Shown here piece by piece: positions 40,101 through 52,114 of a stretch of 64,000 bases of DNA. The stretch's first letter is position 1; every line of letters starts with the position of its first letter. The notes below the pieces were generated by a model that saw only the letters and a program-made list of their open reading frames with translations, did no database searches and was not told the origin of the DNA. A program made the translations under genes and the position numbers. This DNA is from Trichoplax adhaerens (Eukaryota; Animalia; Placozoa), in assembly GCF_000150275.1 (NCBI RefSeq), contig NW_002060943.1, positions 9,952,209-10,016,208 on the forward strand. Direction: 5' to 3'.

Positions 40101-42779
40101 CTCTCCATTTATTAAGGAGCAAAGATCCTATAGAGCCAACGTGGTTAGCACACTGTCCTTTTTATCCGCCATACTAACTTAACCGTTTAGATTAGAAAAT
40201 ACCTGAAAGAACATGTAGGCATCTAGGGCGCAAGACTGTAACGAAAATTGACATTTGTCTGTCGGGCTTCGAAGTATTGGTTCACTAGATAGCTGATCTA
40301 AGATTTAAAATATTTACATGCAAATTAAAATATGTCTTGGTGATTGTATTTAGTGCGGTTTTATGTTAAAATCACTATTGAAATCTTATATCAAATAAAA
40401 AACCTGCTTGAGCATCTTCGGCTTGAACACGGTCAAACAATATGCAAACTATCTGACGAATAGTTGCTGCAGAGGTATTAGAAACTACGGGATCTTTAGA
40501 GGAGTATAACTTGAAGCTTAAAACAATGCACTAATCAAAAGTATTGCATAGTATAAGTCAGAATCTAAAATATCTATAAAGAAATTAACTAAAATATGCT
40601 TATGTTATATACGGTAATATTTGATTATGTCAACCTACACAACTTTCCTTACAACAACTAAACAGCCACCTAAATCGTATATTTTATTAGCATACTCGTA
40701 CATTCACGCAGCAATTTTTATTCGATTCAGAATGTCATGCTATCTGATTTACTATGTATTTATTATAAGCTGTTTACTACACCTTCGCAAGTAGATCGTT
40801 ATGAACAACAGTAGTTGTAGTAAGTAGGGCAAGCAGGGTTTGTAAAATTTTTAATTCTTCCATTCCATCTTCCATTAACATCCATAACATATTCACAATC
40901 TTAGCTGCCGAGACCTATTAAAATGATTTTAGGACAGAAAGATCTTATAAAAGAAAACTTTTGCTTAGAGATTATTTCCTTGAAAATATATACAATGAAG
41001 AATTGCATGATGACTGATAGAAATTTATATTACTTATATCAATGAAGCGTAAACTAGGCTGTTTACATTTTATGTCGTAGATAGAACTAAGAGCGAAAAT
41101 AATCGATAACTACTGACGTAGCTACTAAAAGTTAACCTGCGTCACTAATTTATGAGTGATTAGCCGATGGATCGAAACAAGGCATGCTTGAATAATTTTG
41201 CTGTTCTTTGTATTGCATCCAAGCAGAAAAGGTTGAATTATGTCATTTGAAATGGAAAGGACTAGCATTTGATAGGAAAAAGGATAGAACATATGAATCA
41301 CGTATACCAGAGATAATTAATCATACATAATCATTCCGATATTGCTTTTTGCGGGCGTAGTGTTTCACAGTATACGTGTACACTTTACTGTATCTACAAA
41401 TTTTGGCGAGCAATAAAACTGATACACACTCGTATAGTGCAGTAAACTCGTAACGACTTCTTCAGTATAGAAAGCGCATAGTAAAGTACATTTGACATTG
41501 CTATACCATTATCAGCATGAATGCAATGTTTAAATATAACAGCTAACTTGCACTTTTGCTAATGTTAACAATAAATTGAACTGAATTTAAAGAATCGATA
41601 TAATGTAATGTACTCATTAGTTATATGAATATCAGTACAGTATCGTTCTCATTCTTGCTACAATGTGCGATGACTGTACGTATGCTAGAAACGATGAACT
41701 GCTTTCACATGTGAACTTACAACTGTTAATTAATATACAGTGTACAATATACAGCACCTTCGTCCATTTTGTTCCTTCCTTTATCCGAGCATGTTTTGAC
41801 CAATAAGTCCCAAGCAGCATCTGCAGCCTTCATCATGGATGATTATAATTATCACCACATATTACAGCAAGTACTATATAGCTTAATTTAATGAATTTAA
41901 AAACAACTGTGTTTTGAAAGATCTTAATCGTATTAGCTGCATACCCAAGAAACCAGTACAAACAATTACGTACAACTTCATCGGAAAGGGTATTTTTGAA
42001 GTCATATTTTAAAAATCACTACCTTTATTTACGGTACATTTTTACAATGCCGTAGATGGATAATGCTGTACCGTCTCATCGTTAACATCATCTTCATGAT
42101 CATACGTACAAGTGCTCTTTACATATTTGCTTTACTGCAGTAATAGCATAAATATTCACTAAGATAGTTCACTATACTTGAACGACGACGTATAACGATA
42201 TTCTGCAGTTAAAGAAATTCGTACATGCTATGTAACAAGATAATTCATTGTCACGGTGTTAATCAATATTAACCGGGCTGCCAAAGCAGGTATCTCTAAA
42301 AATATGCGTAACATGAAGAATGAAAAATCCGCAAGGTAATCTGCTGTACAGTACTGTACTAAAAAAATGTGAAACTATGTATACTGTACTACTATAATTT
42401 TTGATTTGCTAGGTGCATAAGTAAGTACAGATGATATTAAAACTATACTGTACTACTGTAACACTCAACTAAGTCCTTAGAATAGCTAATACACGCACAC
42501 ATTGGTATTATTATCGTGTCTTAACTGTTATGACGAGATTGAGATATTACACATTACACATTGCAAACAAGATGTCTTTACTGTAAAGAATGAAAACTTT
42601 TGATATTCTATTGATTTAAAATTTAAACCCGAGGTTTTATCGATTTATGATGTTTAAAGTACACCAGGACTATGTAAAATCACCTCTTTGATTGCAGCGT
42701 GTTTACGCCTTGTTTCACTAGCCAGACTACGAAGGTCAGACAGCAAGGTTTCTTGAAATTTTTTGGCCTTATCGGACAT
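34125..42779 (-). CDS. MON2: Protein MON2 homolog (Sec7-family-related endosome-Golgi trafficking scaffold), multi-exon
   Basis: Exon 1 [32 protein letters not shown]; [27 protein letters not shown]; [22 protein letters not shown]; [15 protein letters not shown]; [17 protein letters not shown]. The large exon 35630-37805 has [15 protein letters not shown] and [25 protein letters not shown]. The last exon has [11 protein letters not shown] with a stop at 34125. Confidence 0.95.
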
Positions 42780-42879
42780 TGCTGAACTCCGAGGTTTCGT
42801 GCAAGCTTTTTCAGCAATAATAATTATAATTAATTAATTAATTTTATTTTAATGAATTCACCCAAGGCTCGTTGAAAAT

Positions 42880-43360
42880 GCACTACAGTACAGTCAGACT
42901 GTCAGTACTACAGTACAGTAAGTACACAGTACAGTACTGTACAGTACAATACTGTGTACTGTACTGTACTGTACTGTACAGTGTACAGTGCAGGGAAATG
43001 TACAGTACTGTACAGTACAGTATGCCAAACTCGCGGCTGGTGCTATCATTACACTGTACAGTACAGTACAGTACAGTACTGTAAGTCACCGTAATCATAC
43101 TGTACGTACTGTGCACTGTGTACAGTACAGTACTGTACGTATAGTAAAATCTACTGTGCTACAGCAATTTTTACTGGCTGCGAGACTGTACGACAGTAAT
43201 CTCTTCCATACTGTACACTGTACTGTACAGTATGACTACTTACCTGTACTGTTCGTCCTACTCCATGTTGATCCATGGCCACGTTACCGTACTACAGTAC
43301 AGTACTGTACTGTACTGTACAGTGTACAGTATACAGCCTTGTACAAATCCTTGCTTACAG
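42880..43360. repeat. (TACAG/TACTG)n array filling the MON2/POGLUT1 bidirectional promoter
   Basis: tacagtactgtacagtacaatactgtgtactgtactgtactgtactgtacagtgtacagtg; lies between the ATGs at 42779 (-) and 43516 (+). Confidence 0.92.
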
Positions 43361-43515
43361 TACCTTACCGCACATGGGTAATAATAATATAAATAATATT
43401 GTAATTAATGACTAAGTTTCTACAGTACTGTATAGGATCTGTAGTTAGAACCAGTTTCATTTTTGTCGAAAATCTCAAAAGTAAAGGTATCGCAGACCTT
43501 GGGTTTACTATCGAA

Positions 43516-46179
43516 ATGTTAGTAACTATACTCATTAAATGGCTTTTGTTAATACATATAACGGCAACTTGTTATTCAACAGAAAAATGTAGTAAAAATG
43601 GAGATTGTACTTCTTTACCATCTTCAAAGACCGATCAAGTTTCCAGTAAATATACAAGTAAAGGTAATTCGAAACATTATATTTCGAATAGTTAATTGTG
43701 CTAACTCTGTCGGCGAAGCGATAGGACGTTATGCTAGTATTTTACTTTAACTGCTGACAGCATACTAAACAACACCAAGTAGTATTATAATTTATTAATA
43801 TTTTACACGACGTGGTGTACCGGGCAAGCTAGTACTGTATAATTTCCAATTCTTAATTTATTTAGCTTAGATGATGAGTGATCCATATACAGTATAGTAT
43901 GTACGAGCATTGCAACGCGATACGATTTTGTACGTACTGTACATGATCCAGGTATGCCTGTACAGTACATCTATCTGCGTGGTAATTGAGTACTGCAGAG
44001 ACTTTAGGGTCTGCAGTGCACTGTATGCACATTATTAATACAGTTTTTATTTACGTATACTGCTTACGTAGCTATTTTGTTATTGAACTACTGAATGTTT
44101 CATTTCATCTTATCATTTCCAATATAAAGCAGATAACGACAAATGGGATGACTACTTAAAGATCATAACTAAGGCTGTCAGTTCTTTTAAAGATTGCAAG
44201 AACGATAGATGTGGATGTTACAAGAAAGTTATTGATAACGATTTGAAGCCTTGGCGATTGAAAAAGGGAATAACAAAAGAAATCTTTGATAAGGCAGCGA
44301 ATCAAGGAAGTCATCGAGGTGCGGAAAAGGGCAGCCATTATCAGATTATAAACCACAAGGTCTATCGGCATGAGAGATGTACCTTTCCTGCCAGGTTTGT
44401 CTGTACATCGCTGAATGGCAAGTTTTGTTCTATAGAATGCATGTTACATTTAGGATACCTACCCTACGTATAACCATAAAATATTATCTTATTAATTGTA
44501 GATGCAAAGGTATTGAGCATTTTCTCAAAAAAATCGCTAAGAAGCTACCCAATTTGGAGTTAATTATCAATACTCACGATTGGCCTAAGGTATAAAATAG
44601 AATAGAATTTTTATTAATTATTATTGGTCCGTTTATTGGACTTGATCTAATTAGAATTATTACTATAATACAATAATAGGTTCCGACAATATTATTGATA
44701 AGTACATCTAAGGGCCTAAGCCTCGCACTATTTATAAGTTATTTGGCATCTTAAAGTTTATATTAATTAATATAGGTTCCAAAATGGGACGAACTCCTAC
44801 CGGTGTTCTCATTTAGTAAGGTATCCTTTCCTTTTAATAATAATTTTTATGCCGTAGAGTACCGTACTTACGCGTATCGAAAACGCAACGTGACAAGATT
44901 ACTCTATTGAGCAGACACACAATGAAAATGATATCATGTATCCGGCTTGGTCGTTTTGGGAGGGTGGCCCTGCTGTCTGGCCGATTTTTCCAAATGGATT
45001 AGGACGTTGGGACGTTTTAAGAAAATCTTTACAAAAGTACTAGTTTATTTCATCCATTCTAACAAATAAATGACGAATTGTCAATCACAAATTTGTGTCA
45101 TTAAATCTATCACTTTTATAGAGCGTCGGATAAGTGGCCATGGGATAAAAAGAAATCCATCGCATTTTTTAGAGGATCTAGGTTTACATTTAAACTTTAC
45201 AAATAACATTAGTCTACAATACCATACTTACGCTTAAGTTAGGTAACCAGAACTTCGTTATATTGGTTCGGTCATGTATAGGACCAGCGCCGAGCGTGAT
45301 CCTTTAATTCTTCTGTCTCGTGCTAAACCGAAATTAGTTAATGCATCATATACTAAAAATCAGGCATGGCGATCAAAGGCAGTAAGACCTAATAACTATA
45401 AGCCATTAATCTACAAATGAAACTTATGCTTTTAAAGAATTACTACTGACAAATAACTTTTTGACAGGATACCTTAGGTGAAGAGCCCGCTAAAGAGGTC
45501 ACTCTTGAAGATCATTGTAAATACAAGTTCGTTAAACAATTTACTTTGTCTATCCATCTTATTATCGGATTGCGCTTATCAAATCTCTACTTTAGGTACC
45601 TATTCAATTTTCGAGGTGTTGCAGCTAGCTTCCGCTTTAGACACTTATTTCTCTGCAATTCTGTGGTACTCCACATTGGTCATGAATGGCAGGAATTCTT
45701 CTATCCGGCTTTAACTCCATGGGTTCACTATATTCCTGTTGATCCTGATCAGAGAAACACAGAGTTAGCATTTCCTCTTATTAGAGGACATTGTAGTACT
45801 ATTCACAGAATTTACTGTCCGTAATGAAGAATCTATCACGAGTCCTTTAGAATTTGCAGTTGTAGGCCGCATAAACTAAAATTACTATAATTTTTCTTTT
45901 TATAGAGAAATAATCCGATTTGCAATAGAAAATGACGAAGAAATGAAGAGATTAGCGAAAAGGTGATGCTAGTTTGTTATATGCAGTAGCAAGATAGGAT
46001 CATACGCGTACTACAGTATTAAAATCTTCTATACCGAATTAAATAGAGGACGTGACTTTATCTTAAACCATTTACGGATGAAAGATGTTGAGTGCTATTG
46101 GGAGCTTTTGCTAAAGCAATACGCGAAGCTTTTAAAATGGAAACCACAGCTAAATCCATCATTTGACCTGGTGTCTTAA
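43516..46179 (+). CDS. POGLUT1: Protein O-glucosyltransferase 1 (Rumi/KTELC1; CAP10/GT90 family) with signal peptide, about 11 exons
   Basis: Signal peptide [21 protein letters not shown]; [15 protein letters not shown]; [24 protein letters not shown]; PVFSFSK|[33 protein letters not shown]; [19 protein letters not shown]; [20 protein letters not shown]; [16 protein letters not shown]; ends ...SFDLVS*. Confidence 0.95.
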
Positions 46180-46264
46180 CATCTGATACTTCAAAATTGT
46201 AGTACTGTACTGAATGACCGTGGAACAAATATCGTAGTAAAATTCTTTCTTTCTTACTCCATTC

Positions 46265-46512
46265 AAATTCAGTATTAAGATACTTAAAATTTTCATTTGA
46301 TTTCCTTAAGCACTTCATAATACTTATAGTGTTATTGTTGGTGCCTTATTTTTGGACAGTAATTGTTAATACAGCAACATTAGTTATCGAAATCAGTAAT
46401 AAGATACTTAAAATTTTTAGTTTGATTTCTTTTAAGCACTTCATAATACTTATAGTGTTATTACTGGTGCCTTATTTTTGGACAATAATTGTTAATACAA
46501 CAACGTTAGTTG
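46265..46512 (+). repeat. Recent tandem duplication, 2 copies of about 125 bp, downstream of the POGLUT1 stop
   Basis: TAAGATACTTAAAATTTT...TAAGCACTTCATAATACTTATAGTGTTATT...GGTGCCTTATTTTTGGACA.TAATTGTTAATACA.CAAC.TTAGTT occurs twice back to back with few substitutions. Confidence 0.9.
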
Positions 46513-48681
46513 TTTTCTACTGATATTGAAAAGATTAAAAGAATACATTTATATATATATATCACTAGTTGTCAAAACTTTAATATGCGTACACTTTCTA
46601 ATCATTTACTTTTACAAATACTGCATAATTTTTCTATTGTCAAAGTTGCATGAGAGATTAATATGATGTGGCTAATTCTATATTTTAAGACATCAAGATA
46701 TTACGTAATATCATTTAAATTGAAAGGGCTACTTTATTGTAGTAGGGCGAAGTCGTAATTAACGAATTGTATATACAATTGGCTAGATTGTCTGAAGTAC
46801 TAATCATGTCAATTGATGATACACCTGCAGTCGTGGGCTTCTAAAATCTTCTAAAGCCCCCATGCTGTGATCTTGTGTATTGAATTTATTCATTTCGGTT
46901 AATTGCATGCACAGATACGTAGTGATACAATGTCGATGGAACGAAAACGTCTGCCAATATCGCTTACGAACTCCAGAAAATAGGGATATCAAGAATCACC
47001 GTCCGCACAATTCGGTCAAGAAAATTTTTCTCGATGCAGCAAAGTCCTCTCAAGGACTTGAGGAGTAACTATTTTAATAATAGAAAATAGTACATCCTAT
47101 AAAAACATATAAAGACTGCAGTAATACAACAACATAACGTAGTTCAGACTATAGTTCAGACTAATTTTCTAAAAAGATTGTAAGTTTATCACTAAAAATA
47201 TGAGAAAAATACCTTACTATTTACGAAATTTTATCAATTCATTTTCTTAAAATGAAGCGAAGGATCCTCCATAACTGAGCATTTACAAATATACTTGTAA
47301 ATAGTTATACTTTATACACATAACTAATCATGCATTACGAGTAGGAGGGATACGGTAAATAAGAATCGAAAGAATGCAACGATCTAAATATAGCCAATTA
47401 ACATTTCCAAGAGTCATCCTATTTTGCTTTAGCGATACTCATCCTACTATAGATCTTATATAATAAAATTAATCAAAATGTTTTAAGATGCCTGCCTGCT
47501 TACACGTTTGCACTGTAGCTCTATGATTGTGCAACACTGGGTGGCACTTTTAAGTTCATAATACTGCGATTAATTACTGTACGAACGATTGAAAATGCGA
47601 AAAATGTTGCAAGGTTAAGTCACGGATTATACGGTACTTTGGATCCTGTAAGTTCAGTAAATGCTGCTTTTGTATGGTCTTACCTACAGTACTGTACCCA
47701 TTCAGTATGGATAGATTTCTGAGGCGTCCACATCATACCGTATACGGATCGATAGTTGTACGAGTACTCATATGCTTTGATTACTCTGCGGCTTAATATC
47801 ACGGATTGTCAGATTCTTATGCAACAGCACTTCCACTTTTATATTTAATTTCTCATTTAAATGAAAATTTCACTCACTAATTACCTACGGGTATGGATTA
47901 CAGAAAACTTACGTTGCTGTACAGTGATATTAAAGTACTGATGCAAGTAAGTATACTGTACAGCTGTACTATACCACCGGTTTACGCGAACCGATTTGTT
48001 GAAGTGAGGTACGGTTAATGAGAGCGGAAAGGATAAAACCAGTATTCATAATTGTGACCGCAATCTATAATATGAGAAGATCTAGAAATTCTGATCCTTA
48101 GTTTGCCGTAAGATGCTATCATCTCTCAGATCAGATCGACAGTTGATCATTTATTTAAATGAAGCAATAGTCGCATCTCAATTCAATCAACTAATTCGTG
48201 ATATTAATAATATTTATACCTCGATGACTACTTTCTCATGTGAATTTGGGAAGCCCCTGGTCATGAACTACTAAATTAGTAGTGGTATATCTAGTAGTCC
48301 ATACCCTAGTGTAGTTCAAAGTTTTTATAATATAAAGACCTAAAATTTAAACGATTCATTATGGGCTATTTTGGTCCAACCTCAACGGTGAGACTTAACA
48401 TAAGTTATTCATATACATTTATTTTATGCTTGATCATAGACTCACTCTACTGTCACAAGAATTTTTGATGTAATAACAATTAATATCAATACTAAAGCCA
48501 TTATGAAATTTGTAATTTCATACCGCAAAGATAAAAATTTGGAATAAATTTAATGTTAAAATTTGCGAGAATGTATTAAAATTATAGTAATACGTGTACA
48601 CCTCGATCTTAGGGTATAAAAAGTATGTACATTATAAAGGATTTGTGCGCTATACTTTCGAAATAATACAACACCGAAATT

Positions 48682-51379
48682 TTATGACTTATTATGAAAA
48701 TTGAAATCGTTAACGGCTGACACTAATGCAGTATATAATCTATCACTTCTCCTGTTAAAAATATAAGTTCCAGGAAGCAACCTTCGCGCACCAAACGTGC
48801 AAACCTATTACATTGACAATAGACACCGTAGAAAATAAGTCCTCCTCAAACAACGTTAGAAATTATACGCTAAATATTGCAATTAAAAAATGATTTACAG
48901 CTGCAGGTATCGGATGAAATTTTCTGTAACGAAAATCAAAGGAGTCTTCATCACCGCTATTTTTTAAATGAAATTCATTTTCGCTGACACCTACAAATAC
49001 GTTTAGCCCAAATACGAGGGCAATTATAAAATATATGTTATGATTTTCACGGCTTTTAAGACGTTCTAACAAAATATACATAAACGAAAATCTATACAAT
49101 GTTTTCAGTATTTGCTATCTAGACGTTATTTTGAGTACTACCTTTAATGGCAGCAGTCTCTTCAGGCTGCCCGCTGTGAAGGATCAATGAATCATTAGAA
49201 TTATTACCACACAACATTAATTTTTTTATAATAATGCTGAGGTACTATAGCTACACTAGTAAATGTAACCTTTGCTTGATTAATAAATTGCTTTCAATAG
49301 TGCCCGAAGCCCTTTCAGATTGTATCCGCTCTTTGTGCTCGGTTAGAAGGCGATCAAACGCCTTAGTACGACCCTTAACATTTCTCCTTAGAGATATAGG
49401 ATGCAACTATCAAGAGAATTTTCAGATATATAAAAAGGTCATTGCTTAGTCTAAAATGTTGTAATACATTTTTCCAAAAATTCCTTTTCCTTATTATTAA
49501 CGAATATTCGTACTTTGCAGTTTAGAGAATTTCGACATTTTGCCTTTCGATCTTTCATCCAGACTCCACATTGCCGATCAACATTTGGTTCTAAATTACA
49601 ATCATGAAGGAGAGTCAACTAGGAATCTTTATACGCTAACAACACAAAAAGAAGGCATACTTTGCATACGCTTCTAGATAAATTCGGCTTACCATCAGTT
49701 TTATTTGCTAGACCTGCAGTCTCAGGAATTTTCCGGTTAGTTCGCCGTTCCAGAGAGATTTCATTTGAGTTATAATCACAACTACTTGGGGTCCGAAGTG
49801 TTTCGCGAACCGTATAATTGTGACTGTTCTCTGTTACGAAGAGTGTAAAATTCGTCAGATTAAATTTATACTGAGAGGTTATGTATAAAGCGTTTCAAAT
49901 ACATGGTCCAACAGATATGATAATGTAGTTAGTAGCTATCTCTAAAGTAAATTAATTATGTATTAGTGCAAAAATTTCACTGTTATAGTGGATAGATTTC
50001 ACAGGATTCTTAGAAGATAGAACAAAAAATAAACTGTAATTTATAATTTAGGATTAAGAAACATCCTGCAGGCACTGCATACTGCTGTACTAGGCAGTCA
50101 TACAATGGAATGACGCTATAATAGGTATCGAGTAAATGTAATACCATAATGATTTGAAAGAGCCTCAATTTTAACAAGCTTTTTACAAAAGTTACAAGCG
50201 ACCAAGATCAGTTCCTCTTGAATTGGATATAGACCATAGATTTTCATATCTGAGACACCCATAAAACGTTATGCCATTAGATGTTATTACAAATGAAATG
50301 TAAGCATATAATTTAAATAGTGTGGAATTCAATATAAAATTCGCTTCGAATATTCTAAGTCTTACATTAATGCAAAACTGTAATCAACATTATATTGCCT
50401 GGTATCGACATAAATACTAATACTTATTTACTATAGTGCTCACAATATCTCTTAAGTTTCTCAATATGTCATAGCAGATTACAGGTTAAGAGCATCGTGA
50501 AAAATTTACGAAGGCTAACTTATAGATCTGTGAGGTACTCTATACAAGTTGGTAATCCATTACATCTCTTTAGATATTTCCAATCTTATTATATATAGTA
50601 ACATCTCCACATAACTTAGAGTACTGTACTGTATACGAATTTCAATAAAACTCCACTATCACAATTGTTCCGATAGATAGTAAAAAAAGTAAATCAAAGA
50701 TGACGTATCTAAGTTCTATGATCTTAGTATAGAATATTAACCATAAAGCATTCACTTTGCCCATACAATATGCAAGTACATGGCCAATCTAAAATACTAG
50801 GCATATGCATAAGAGCATAACAAACAGATCCAGGTAGCAATGAATACGTGAAAATTTTAGAAAATCGTTATAACAGCATTGATTTTATCCAAAATTACTG
50901 ACATAACAGCTATCGGAAATCCATTAGCTGTGCAAGTACAATACCTTCCCGACATAGACGGGACGAAATAGCTTCGCTATTTTCCTTGCTAATCATAGGA
51001 AATCGATCTATTTAATAAAAGAGACAACAAATTTTTATTGATGCAATACAGAGCGTTCATAAAGTTGACGGCTTCAAAACTGCGTCCAAGCAACCATTTG
51101 CTATGTGTAGCAAATAAAATATTCTTTCTGAATTATAGCATAGTACAGTACTGTCCTTTACAGTTGTTTATGCAAGAAATCATGGCATTTGCAGTACTAA
51201 TTTAGTAGAGTACTAAAGAATGCAGAAAAGCTTTGTACTAAAATTTTATATATTTTAATATTCCTATCATGATATACGCGTATATGTATTATTGTTAACT
51301 GAAAACATAATTTGATATTACCTTTACCTCTGCTGGCATATTCCGTCCATGATATATTACGCAAGGTCGAGGCATCCAT
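48682..51379 (-). CDS. ATXN7: Ataxin-7/Sgf73 family (SAGA deubiquitination module), compact form of about 270 aa, 9 exons
   Basis: Manual splicing gives ...SWTEY...RLCRE-DMKIYGLYPIQEELILVACNFCKKLVKIEALSNHYENSH (N-terminal Zn finger), NVDRQCGVWMKDRKAKCRNSLNCKLHPISLRRNVKGRTKAFDRLLTEHK (SCA7 domain) and HPIPAA|VCTFGARRLLPGTYIFNRRSDRLYTAL (conserved block III). The 3' end is less certain. Essentially missed by the ORF track. Confidence 0.9.
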
Positions 51380-51574
51380 GATCACTCTTTGCGATTAGCG
51401 GATAGTTAGAATCCTCTTATTTATCATGAAGTCGCTCTTTCGATTGTTGCAATCTATTAAAGTATTGGTAAATAAATAAATAAAATCTAATTTAATTTAA
51501 ACTTCTGGTACAAGTTGTAAAACGCAGATTACCTGATGAATATGCAATACGCCTTTAAACAAAACTTTGGTGTA

Positions 51575-52065
51575 GATGTACAGTACTGTACAGTACAGTA
51601 TGTACAACCTTACGTAAAGTACAGTACTGTACAGTACAGTATGTACAGTACAGTACAGTACAGTACAGTACTATATCTAGTGGTCTACAGTACTGTACAG
51701 TGTACAATACTGTACTATCAACACTAGCTATACAGTACTGTACAGTACTGTACTGTACGCTAAGGGTCTCTACTGCACTGTACTGTACTGTACTGTACAC
51801 AGCAGTGTTTGCAGTACTGTACTGTACTATGGACAACAACTTACTGTACTGTACTGTACAGTGTACAGTGTACAGTACAGTACAGTACTGTATGAAAACT
51901 ATGAAAAAAGAAGTACTGTACTGTACAGTACAGTAGACGTGATCTAAGGTACAGTACGCAGTCCTGCGACGATCATCAGCCACAGTCACTCTACCTAATA
52001 CTGTACAGTATACTGTACTGTACTGTATTTACGGTACTGTACTGTACGGTGCTATACAGAGTACA
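51575..52065. repeat. (TACAG/TACTG)n array filling the ATXN7/MTMR14 bidirectional promoter
   Basis: tacagtactgtacagtacagtatgtacagtacagtacagtacagtacagtacta and tactgtactgtactgtacagtgtacagtgtacagtacagtacagtactgta. Confidence 0.92.
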
Positions 52066-52114
52066 GGCCAAGGTCTTATTGACCAAAGGTATTCCAGTGA
52101 AGACATCATCCGGA

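Noticed and set aside
42880-43360. CRISPR-like or telomeric reading of the arrays
   Set aside because: No constant long repeat with unique spacers, no cas genes, eukaryotic context. Units are mixed in orientation and interstitial, unlike telomeric tracts.
51536-51989. ORFs rich in [10 protein letters not shown] (also at 10659, 25065, 25907-26553, 27987-28370, 42872-43392)
   Set aside because: They are translations of the (TACWG)n arrays, which lack stop codons on both strands. There is no sign of real coding.
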